A DNA stretch of 56,952 nt from Macrostomum lignano (taxonomy: Eukaryota). The stretch is from contig NIVC01003510.1 of NCBI GenBank assembly GCA_002269645.1, positions 1-56,952 on the forward strand, read 5' to 3'. How positions within the stretch are numbered: the stretch's first letter is position 1; every line of letters starts with the position of its first letter. Shown here piece by piece: positions 47,666-56,952 of this stretch. The notes under the pieces were generated by a model, which did no database searches, was not told where the DNA came from, and worked only from the letters and a program-made list of their open reading frames with translations. The position numbers and the translations under genes are program-made.

Positions 47666-48436
47666 CTGTGTCCACCTCTCCCAGTACCAAGATTTAAAGC
47701 CTCTTGCTCAGATCTCGGATTAACGGCCCAAACGCCTCACAGCGGCAATATACTTGCTATGCTCGCGTACCTCTACTTATCAGTAGTCTGCAGCATTGTT
47801 TTTTGTCAACTTTGATTATCGAGGCAATAAATTTTTGCGTCAATTTTCTTGAGCTCGCCTCGGTTGCCGTCTACACAGCAAAGAGGCTGCATTAATTTAT
47901 TTGATGAAGCTTGGTTTGGCGCAGGCGCCAACTCAAATCTGTGTTTATTTTCTGATTCTGCCACGGGTTCGGGATCTGGTCTGTGGATCTGATGCAGTAT
48001 TTCCCCGCCCGACAGTTACATGTACTGCCCACGTACAACCAGGCTGTGCCAGTTCTCTATACTATGCGTAAATTATACACCATGTACTTTATAGCGAGTC
48101 CTCGGCCATTGCGACTTTTACATTCCCGTATTATTTTCTCTGTTTAATTACAGACAGCTGCCAGTGTTGCACCCTCATAGCTTTATGTATATAAATAAGT
48201 AAATGCCCATTGCTGAACTGTTATTTTGGCACCAATTTGATTTACTAATCTTCATAAACTTCTGTATTTTTCTTCACTAAAGTTGTTTCCGTGATTTTGT
48301 GCTGGCCTGTTATGGAAATTTAGTATTTTTTTATTAATATATCCGATTTTCTCGCTTCATCATTGGCTGGCTGCGTCTGTCCGAGCTGCTCCTCACCCGC
48401 ACTGCATGCCGCTTCTGCACTTGCCGCGTCCAGCCT

Positions 48437-48960
48437 CCCAATCCCCTCCCCAGCTTCCCACTCCCCAGCTTCCCACTCCCCAGCTTCCCACTCCCCAGCT
48501 TCCCACTCCCCAGCTTCCCACTCCACTTTCCATCTTCCCACTCCCCAGCTTCCCACACCACTTCCCATCTTCCCACTCTCCAGCTTCCCACACCACTTCC
48601 CATCTTCCCACTCCCCAGCTTCCCACACCACTTCCCATCTTCCCACTCCCCAGCTTCCCACTCCCCATCTTCCCAATCCACTCCCCAGCTTCCCACTCTC
48701 CATCTCCAATCTTCCCACACCACTCCCCAGCTTCCCACTCCCCATCTCCAGTCTTCCCACACCACTCCCCAGCTTCCCACTCCCCATCTCCCATCTTCCT
48801 ACACCACTTCCCAACTTCCCTCTCCCCATCTTCTCACACCACATCCCAGCTTTCCACCTATAATCTTCCCATTCCACTCCCTATCTTTCCCACTCCCCAG
48901 CTTTCCACTCCCCAGCTTTCCACTCCGCGCCCCATCTTCCCACTCCCCATCTTCTCAATT
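48437..48960. repeat. C-rich minisatellite based on ACTCCCCAGCTTCCC (15 bp) and CCATCTTCCC
   Basis: Directly visible. Confidence 0.93.
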
Positions 48961-51228
48961 CCTATCCTTCCCATTTCCTAAATCCTCAGTTTCCTTATCC
49001 TGCATCCTCCAGCATCATCAGTGCACCGGAGCAGCTCGATGTGCAGGCAGATTCTGTACGCTAGCAGTGGTTCAAATTTTGAGATTTCCTTTGAGATGCC
49101 TTCGCAAAAAAATCAGCTCTAAAAGCTTTTTTGTGCCTTTGAGTTTTGTTTATTTGTCAAACTGTGGCTAACTGTGGGATGGGAGCAGGATTTGTTAGCT
49201 AAGCTTCATATTTAGGCACTGCAGCCGGAGTAGCCACTGAGAATTCTCATCCTCATCGAATATTCTCAGCTCAGCTTCAACTCGAGTCAGGCGCGTTAAC
49301 CGCTGAGCTACTCTGAGAAAATCGAATTTTGATTGACAGGCTGGTCTGGGCGCTGTTGGCGAAATGCGTTGTTGCATTTTCCCACGGAGCTTTTAGCTCG
49401 TATTTCCTGTCAGATAAAACCGAGGCACGATTCTGTTTGCATCTCATTTCTGGCTGGCTGGGTAGGCGGGCCTCTCATCCTCTCGCTTCTCAGCTTCTCA
49501 GCGATGCTTTTGTCACTCAGTTTTCGCGCTGGCAGTCCGCTGCCTCTCCGGCAAACAATGCGCCGGGCCGTCTCGGCAGGCTGAGTGCCGTGGGCGACAA
49601 AAGAAGAAATTCATGCAGCCTCCAACTCAAACAGGCTGACTGGAGCTGCTGCCCCCCCCCCCCGTGAACTCAGCAAACAATGCGGGAGCAGCAATTGTCC
49701 CAAGCAGGCTGGGGCGGGCGCTGCTGCTGCTGCGGGAGGAAATTTCCCGATCGATAAAATGCTGCAAAAACTTGCGGAAGAGATGGAGGGGATGCGGATT
49801 ATGCTGGGAATGAGTTGCTGTCGTCTCTTCTCTCCTGCCCCAGCTGTTTTGCCGCTGTCGTCACTGGCAACGGATAAACAAACGGGGCGGGCCGTACAGG
49901 CCGGGAGAGGCGGTACAGCCTGGGCCGCTGTCTCAGCTCCCCGGGCTTGGGCGCTCGCATCCTTGTTGGCATGGAAACCAGGCGGGAAACTGGGACGAAA
50001 GGCTTTTAGAGTCGCTGCATTCTGGCAGAAATTTTGCGGCTCGCGTCCCTGCCGCCCCCCTCCCCCCAGCGGGTGGAGAGGCTGCAGCTGGGGTGGCGGG
50101 GAAAACAAAGGCTGGGGCAGCATTTAACCGGGAGCCCGCGGGCCCGCTGGGAGGCCGGCGGAGGGGCGGCAGCGCGGGAGAGCCAGGCGGAGCCGCAGCC
50201 GGTTTGGCGGCCCCTCCGCCCGTGGAGCAGCTCGCGGCCAGCTGGAGAGGGTGAGTTCGACTGCTTGCTTTGTTGCTTCATCTCCCCCGATCCCGAGCTT
50301 CAAGCTTCGAAACTGTTGGCTATAGGCTCTTGAGTCCTGAACTTCCGATTGAGCTTTACTTCCACCTCTCTTGATGGCAGCGATGTTCTTAATCTTCCTT
50401 GCTCATCTTGAGATATGGTTCTCGCCATACCCCGGTACGGTTCTCTGCTCATCCGGTGCACCTTGAGCTGTAGCAAAACTTTCGCCACTTTTTCCAGCCT
50501 TGCTTACCATAGACAAAAGCTATACGTTTGTTTGGCAAACATATCTTGTTGGATTAAATTCATGCGTGTAAGCCTAAATGGGCTGCAAAAAGCTGTACTT
50601 TTATAATATACAAGCTACACCCATTAGTGTTGTGTTATAGTTAAAATTCATGTAGCACTGAGTGGGGATTTGCCACAGACAGTAGCTATCGGCGGGCGGG
50701 CGAACAGAGTTCACGAACCGGCCGTCCAATAGTCCTTCGGCCATAGACATTTTCACTGTAGATCACTGTACAGTGATCTTATGTATCTGTACTTGTCCTC
50801 CGAGGTTCTCTGGTTCAGAATGCGGATGTCGATTTTCTCTGAAATTTCAGGTCGCCAGCTGCGCTGCGACGGCCCCCGGCTGAACGACACGAGGCCCCAG
50901 CGGTCCACAAAGCTGCTTTACCGTTTTCTATGCGGCCTGCCTGTGGCTGTTTTACTTGTATTTACCTGCTAATGCGCCTTGACTGTTACTTTTAATGCGA
51001 CAGCTTATGTTGTTGTTAATGTTTTCTTTTTTCTCGCACCGCGCATACGTACTGAGGAGTATTAGTAGTACGTGGAGTAACATACCGTATTTTTGCTCAC
51101 CATTGCAAATGACAAAATATTTAAGTTCAGCATAGAAATGACGGTTTGTAATCCATTTGAATTATTGCCACTCCGCGCTGGTCTGAAGAACCGAGCCTAA
51201 TCGCCTGTCCTGCTCTCAACCATTTCAG

Positions 51229-51891
51229 AGACGACCACGACGTCAACAACAACCACAACAACCACAACAACTACAACACCGACAACAACCACAACAACTA
51301 CAACACCGACAACAACCACAACAACTACAACACCGACAACAACCACAACAACTACAACACCGACAACAACCACAACAACTACAACACCGACAACAACCAC
51401 AACACCGACAACAACCACAACACCGACAACACCGACAACAACCACAACACCGACAACAACCACAACACCGACAACAGAATATGGCACATTGACAACAGTA
51501 ACAACAACAACAACAGACACCAGCACAACAATAGACACCACAATAGTCACAACAACGCCAAACACTACTACAGTAGAGTTTAACACAGAAACTCTGAGCC
51601 ACACAACAACAGACGCAACAGCAGGCACAACAACAGACACAACAGCAGGCACAACAACAGACGCAACAACAGGCACAACCACCATCACGCAGACGACCAC
51701 GTTCGTGCCGCTGACAACTTCCGAGTCTGCAACCGGTGCTACTACCAGTACTACAGCTAGCATAAGCTCGACAGCGACTTCCATTCCTTTGACCTCTTCC
51801 GCAGATACCACCACAGTCAGCACGGTGCCGCCGACCACCACTCCGTACATCCCGAAGCGAGCGTTCCCGCCAGTCAGGGAGAATCGCTACC
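51229..51891 (+). CDS. Thr-rich mucin-like exon of a large LamG-repeat extracellular protein
   Basis: CATTTCAG|AG acceptor; poly-Thr/Pro frame from (ACA/ACC/ACT/CCG) repeats; ends ENRY then C|GTGAGT, phase 1 and compatible with the next exon. Confidence 0.8.
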
Positions 51892-52051
51892 GTGAGTGCT
51901 GAACCTGATTCTGTGGCCTTTACAACTTCTATTTCAAACTAGCTATCAAATGGTCGACGAAATTGAGAATTTGCTCTTTATGAATCTGAAATTGGTATTA
52001 ACTAATTAATAACCCAGCGTCAGTGACTAAATATAAGTTACTATGCAAGCA

Positions 52052-52210
52052 GGGGTTGTAGCTTAATGGTTAGAGCGTCGGAATCACGACTGAAAGGTCG
52101 TGGCTTCGATTCTCGACCTGGTCGGAACAGGACAAGACACTTAACTCTGCATTGCAGGTTGCACATCTGCCATTAGGGCAGGTGTCTCCAGGTGTAAACT
52201 GGTTACGGGT
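52052..52210 (+). mobile_element. tRNA-derived SINE with V/CORE-like central motif, in an intron
   Basis: A box TAGCTTAATGG and B box GCTTCGATTCT, followed by GGACAAGACACTTAACTC...TTGC and CCAGGTGTAAACTGGTTAC. Confidence 0.65.
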
Positions 52211-52266
52211 CTCCGATATGACGAATTTGAAATCACAGCCCATTCCCATGCACAAACGCATTTCAG

Positions 52267-52761
52267 GCATCAATTACTGGGCAACTTGCAACCACTACTG
52301 GCAGTTCAACAGCGACAAGAAGTTTTACGACAACGGCGCCTCAAATACCTTCGTTCGCGAGCAGGTTAAAAAGAGGCGGAAGTCCTTCAATGACAAATGC
52401 AATAACTCAATGACTGGCACGGCCTCAGGACTTGACACCAGCTGCTGCGTTGACTGCCCGGACGAAGACCTGACCGTGAACGTGCCCGGCTTCACCGAAG
52501 CTGACAACATCACTAACGCCCTCAACGGCGAGCTGTCATTCAAAGTGAGCCTGGAAACCGGCCTGGACGCCTCCGACAGCAAGGCGGTGAAGTGCGTCGG
52601 AACCAGCGACACCTGCATCACTCTGGGCAAGCTCGTCAATGACGCGCCGTACGGCCGCGCCTGCCTGCAGGAGCCGGAGAAATGCGACTATGGCCTGAGC
52701 GCCTCCGTTTGGGTGAACTTCACCTACGATACAGTGCTGAAGGAGGTCCTGCTGTCCACGC
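52267..52761 (+). CDS. LamG/pentraxin-like repeat protein exon (first CLxxPxxCxxGLSxSxW module)
   Basis: TTTCAG|GC phase 1; CLQEPEKCDYGLSASVWV; donor C|GTGAGC. Confidence 0.82.
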
Positions 52762-52799
52762 GTGAGCTCATAACTGGCCTTACTTCATGACTGGAACGG

Positions 52800-53022
52800 A
52801 GTATGTACATGCCTGACAATGAGAATGGCATGAGTGTGTACATGCCTGACAATGAGAATGGCATGAGTGTGTACATGTCTGACAATGAGAATGGCATGAG
52901 TGTGTACATGTCTGACAATGGGAATGGCATGAGTGTGTACATGTCTGACAATGAGAATGGCATGAGTGTGTACATGTCTGACAATGGGAATGGCATGAGT
53001 GTGTACATGTCTGACAATGAGA
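52800..53022. repeat. Minisatellite, 33 bp unit GACAATGAGAATGGCATGAGTGTGTACATGTCT, 6-7 copies
   Basis: Directly visible. Confidence 0.95.
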
Positions 53023-53075
53023 AAGGTCCTGGAGCTCTGATCACAGTTCTAAGCATTATTCGCGCCCCACCGCAG

Positions 53076-53245
53076 TGTCTGACAGCGGCCAGGGCTTCCA
53101 GTTCTATGTCGAGCTCGGCAAGCTGACAGTCCTGGTGGTCGGCGCCAAGGGCCGCTGGATCGCCAGTGTCGACAATTTCGACATGAAAGTCTTTAAATGG
53201 CGCCTCCTCGGCTTCACCTGGGAGAGATCCACCGGCATCATTCAG
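53076..53245 (+). CDS. LamG-repeat protein exon
   Basis: CCGCAG|TG phase 1; SDSGQGFQFYVELGKLTVLV...WRLLGFTWERSTGIIQ; donor CAG|GTGAGA. Confidence 0.82.
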
Positions 53246-53331
53246 GTGAGATTCTGTGCCTGCATTGTGCAAAATTCTGTGATTTTCGAACGCAAAAATC
53301 TAGCGACATCATCTGCCCTCAATCATTTCAG

Positions 53332-53541
53332 ATCTACATCGACAGCGATGTCAGAACATTCTACTATTCAGCGACCTACTCAGAGCCCAACGCGCAGGGC
53401 CCCGCGGCCACGGACATTGTGATGGGCTGCGAGCTGACCCGACCGGCAGCAAGAGCTTCTTGAAGGCCATCGTCATCCACCCGGCCATCTGGCTGTGGCC
53501 AATCCAGCAGGAGAATCTCATCCTGCTGACCGGAGCTCTCG
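53332..53541 (+). CDS. LamG-repeat protein exon with an internal 1-nt frameshift near 53438-53440
   Basis: TTTCAG|ATC: IYIDSDV...IVMGCELT, then (after adding one C) PTGSKSFLKAIVIHPAIWLWP...LTGAL; phase-1 donor G|GTGAGC. Confidence 0.72.
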
Positions 53542-53549
53542 GTGAGCTG

Positions 53550-54428
53550 ATGTAGAGACTAGATCCGCAGAGACTAGATCCACAGAGACTAGATCCGCAG
53601 AGACTAGATCCGTAGATACTAGATCCGCAGAGACTAGATCCATAGAGACTAGATCCGCAGAGACTAGATCCGCAGAGATTAGATCCACAGAGACTAGATC
53701 CGCAGAAACTAGATCCGCAGAGACTAGATCCGCAGACACTAGATCCGCAGAAACTAGATCCGCAGAGACTAGATCCGCAGAGACTAGATCCATAGAGACT
53801 AGATCCGCAGAGACTAGATCCGTAGATACTAGATCCGCAGAGACTAGATCCATAGAGACTAGATCCGCAGAGACTAGATCCGCATAGATTAGATCCACAG
53901 AGACTAGATCCGCAGAAACTAGATCCGCAGAGACTAGATCCGCAGAAACTAGATCCGCAGAAACTAGATCCGCAGAGACTAGATCCGCAGAGACTAGATC
54001 CATAGAGACTAGATCCGCAGAGACTAGATCCGCAGAGATTAGATCCACAGAGACTAGATCCGCAGACACTAGATTCGCAGAGACTAGATCCGCAGAGACT
54101 AGATCCGCAGAGACTAGATCCGTAGAGACTAGATCTACAGAGACTAGATCCGGAGAGAGACTAGATCCGCAGAGACTAGATCCGCAGAGACTAGATCCGT
54201 AGAGACTAGATCCGCAGAGACTAGATCCGCAGAAACTAGATCCGTAGAGACTAGATCTACAGAGACTAGATCCGGAGAGAGACTAGATCCGCAGAGACTA
54301 GATCCGCAGAGATCAGATCCGTAGAGACTAGATCCGCAGAGACTAGATCCGCAGAGACCAGATCCGTAGAGACTAGATCCGCAGAGACTAGATCCGCAGA
54401 GACTAGATCCGCAGAGACTAGATCCGCA
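53550..54428. repeat. Minisatellite, 15 bp unit AGACTAGATCCGCAG, about 58 copies
   Basis: Directly visible. Confidence 0.97.
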
Positions 54429-54469
54429 AGGATAATACGCATCGCCACCCCCGCCGCCTCCGCCACCAG

Positions 54470-56952
54470 TGTACAAGCTGATCAAGTACCAGGCCCCGGC
54501 CACGACCGCCGTGCCGACCACCGCGCCGACGCCGGCCTTCCCCTACTCCAGCATCCTCAAGGAGGCCCGGCTGGACGCCGGCGACCCGAACCCGTTCTAC
54601 GCCATGGCCGACTACTACCTGAGAGGCTACGATCTCCAAGGCAACGTGTCCGCAGCAGTCAACAACATCACCGTGACGGAGGAGAACAGCCGCAACAGCA
54701 CGGGACTCGCGCACTTCAAATTCACCAGCACGCCGGCCATGTTCACAATCAGCGGCTTCGACACCGTGTGCCTCGGCAACAACGCCAGCTGCACGAATGG
54801 CGGCATCTCGATGTCCATGTGGATCGGGCCGTTCCAGCAGCTGCCGACCATCATCATGGAGGTGATTCGATTCAACGTCATCTCCGTGACGGTGTGCAAC
54901 AGCAGCAGCGGCGACGTGACCCTGCGCGTTCAGGCGGGCGCTCGGCAGATCACCGCGCGCATCAAGTTCAAGCAGTGGACAAACATCGGCATCGTGTACG
55001 ACACGCGCGGCTCTATCCCGGTGCTGACTGGCTACGTGAACGGCATCAACGTCGGCAGCACGACAGAGTTCACCGGCAGCCCGCTTGATACTCACCTGGG
55101 AAAGGTGACTCTGGGCTCGAGCACCGCTCCGATCGGCGTCCTGTTCAACGACCTGGCCGTCTGGTACCACCCGCTAGAAGACTTTGAGGCGCACAGGTTC
55201 CTTGGCTACACCCGTGACCAGCTCAGGCACATCCGGGAGTCCACCTTCTACTGGACCACCGACGAATTCGTGCTGGCGGACGGCATCGCCTTGAACGGGC
55301 CGTCGAACTACCGCCTGAAGTCGCAGTACCGCCTGAACTCGGCCGGCATCATCGGCAGCGCCATCAAGTTCGAGCCGGACCGCTACAACAAGTCAATGGC
55401 CACCAGGCTGGACGGAAACTGGCACGGCCAGATCTTCCTGGGCAACGAGTTCGCCAAGACCCCCACGGAGAAGAGCATCATGTGGTACGGAGAATGCATC
55501 ACGGATCCCTACCAGCGCCAGTGCCAGATCAGCGGCCTGTCCATGCACATGTGGATCAACATCAAGTCGATTGACCCAATCAAAAAGCAGTTCTTCTTCT
55601 CGTCCGGAGATCTCGGCGATGCCCGGTCGTCCACGCTGGATTCGCGGGGATCAGCCTGTTCACCACCGGGAACCTGCTCGGAGTTTCTCTCTCCACCGAC
55701 AGAAACGACTGGGCCATCGTGATTGACAGCAACAGGTACGACCTCAACGAGTGGTTCAACATCGGTTTCACCTGGCGCGAGCAGGAGGGCATGCGGCTCT
55801 TCCTCAACGGAACCGACTACGGAATCAAGAACCTGCACCCCGACGTGAGCTACAAGGCGTACGACAAGCACACCCGGGCGGTGATCGGCAGGTTTGACGA
55901 CGATCAGAACAGCACCTGGAAGTCCAACTCGGAGTGGGTGATGGGAAATTTCGCCTTCAGCGACGTTGTGTTCTACGACAAGTGGATGAGTCCGGAGGAG
56001 TTCGCCCGGTCGGTGGGCAGCATCAATAACAGGTACTACGCTTCCGCCGACCTGTTGGTCTACGGCGAAGACGTCATCGACACGGACTTCCCGCTGATGA
56101 AGCAGGCGTGGCTGTACGGAGTTCCCATCGGGCCGAACGGCTTCGTCAGCAGCTACTCGGGCTACGCCATGATCAACACCAACGGCGAGGTCGGAGTGAA
56201 GGCCTACAAGGCTAACGAGTGTCCGCGAAGCCTCAGCGACTGCAAATTCCAGGTGCTGCTCAGCACTTGGATCCAAGTGCGCAGCAAGGCCAACGACACG
56301 TCCTTCACTGTGCTGTCACTGGGCAGCGAGAGCGACAGTAAGGAGGGCTTCGGCCTGAGCATCGCCAGCGACAATACTCTACGCGCCTGGGTCAAGCGGT
56401 CCGGCCAGAGCTACAAAATGGTCACGAAGTCGGGCGTAAAGGTGCGCTTGAACCGCTGGCTGAACCTGGGCCTGCTGCTGAAAAGAACACCTTCTACCCG
56501 ACCATCTTTCTGAATGGCACAAACGTGAGCATGAGCTTGGAGTACACCAGCGTGAACCCAGCAGTGTCTGACAACACCGCTCCCGGAACCCTGAAGCTGG
56601 GCGCGAATAACGCTGAAGCGACCTCGTCGGGCTCCTTCCTGGCTTACATAGTGAGCGGCTGGTACGGCGCCACGGTGCTGAAGAACCACATGAACCAGAT
56701 GCTGGGCATCCAATCCAGCAGTACGAGCTCCATTGGCATGTCCGATGAATTCTGGACCGTCTCCGGCCTGTGGAACTCGCTGCAGCCGCGACCATTGCAG
56801 GGGTCAACGTGCAGTTGGACAATGACAAGTAGACATGGAGAGCGGCGCGATGTGCACCACCGGCTCGGGCGGCTCCTACATCTCTTTGGGTGACCTGCAA
56901 GACTCCTGCCTGCAGAACACTGCTCCCTGCCAAAGGCTACATTCTGACCATT
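54470..56952 (+). CDS. Large exon encoding at least 4 more LamG/pentraxin-like modules; several 1-nt frameshifts; runs off the window
   Basis: CCACCAG|TG phase 1. Modules CLGNNASCTNGGISMSMWI, CITDPYQRQCQISGLSMHMWI, ECPRSLSDCKFQVLLSTWI and SCLQNTAPC. Also EWFNIGFTWREQEGMRLFLNG and FAFSDVVFYDKWM. Frame breaks near 55623, 56482, 56786, 56828 and 56930. Confidence 0.8.

Noticed and set aside
49585-50972. ORFs or exons upstream of the mucin exon (donor GG|GTGAGT at about 50251, acceptor TTTCAG|50851)
   Set aside because: Could not assemble a signal peptide or phase-consistent model; N-terminus left unresolved
52052-52125. Functional tRNA gene; also considered at 14464 and 24505
   Set aside because: Acceptor and anticodon stems pair poorly, B boxes are degenerate, and there is no poly-T terminator; treated as SINE heads or pseudogenes
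53430-56500. Programmed -1 ribosomal frameshifting in the LamG gene
   Set aside because: No X XXY YYZ slippery heptamers at the break points; many same-sense homopolymer losses fit sequencing error better

Overview
Eukaryotic (metazoan) genomic DNA, not prokaryotic. It has GC-rich exons with GT-AG introns, most of them filled by a different mini- or microsatellite. This style suggests a flatworm such as Macrostomum, but that is inference only. Six protein-coding genes are supported by translated sequence. (1) NOS1AP/CAPON-like PTB adaptor (-), split by a probable 1-nt frameshift. (2) SARM1/TIR-1 (+, 5 exons, ARM-SAM-SAM-TIR, catalytic Glu intact, with changes in the NMN pocket and BB loop). 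(3) C19orf44/DUF4614-like gene (+). (4) An intronless double C-type lectin (-) nested in the last intron of gene 3. (5) A compact ZO-1/TJP-like MAGUK (+, PDZ-degenerate PDZ-PDZ-SH3-GK-ZU5). (6) A large Thr-rich mucin plus multi-LamG/pentraxin-like extracellular protein (+) that runs off the window and carries several same-polarity 1-nt deletions, probably assembly errors. Also present: about 20 tandem repeats, three tRNA-derived SINE-like heads, a possible non-autonomous Helitron end and a 6.6 kb AT-rich block. There is no CRISPR array. The most unusual system-level signal is that several splice sites are supplied by the terminal unit of intronic tandem repeats that hold dozens of identical decoy sites. 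Family assignments and human residue numbers come from recalled sequences, not database searches.
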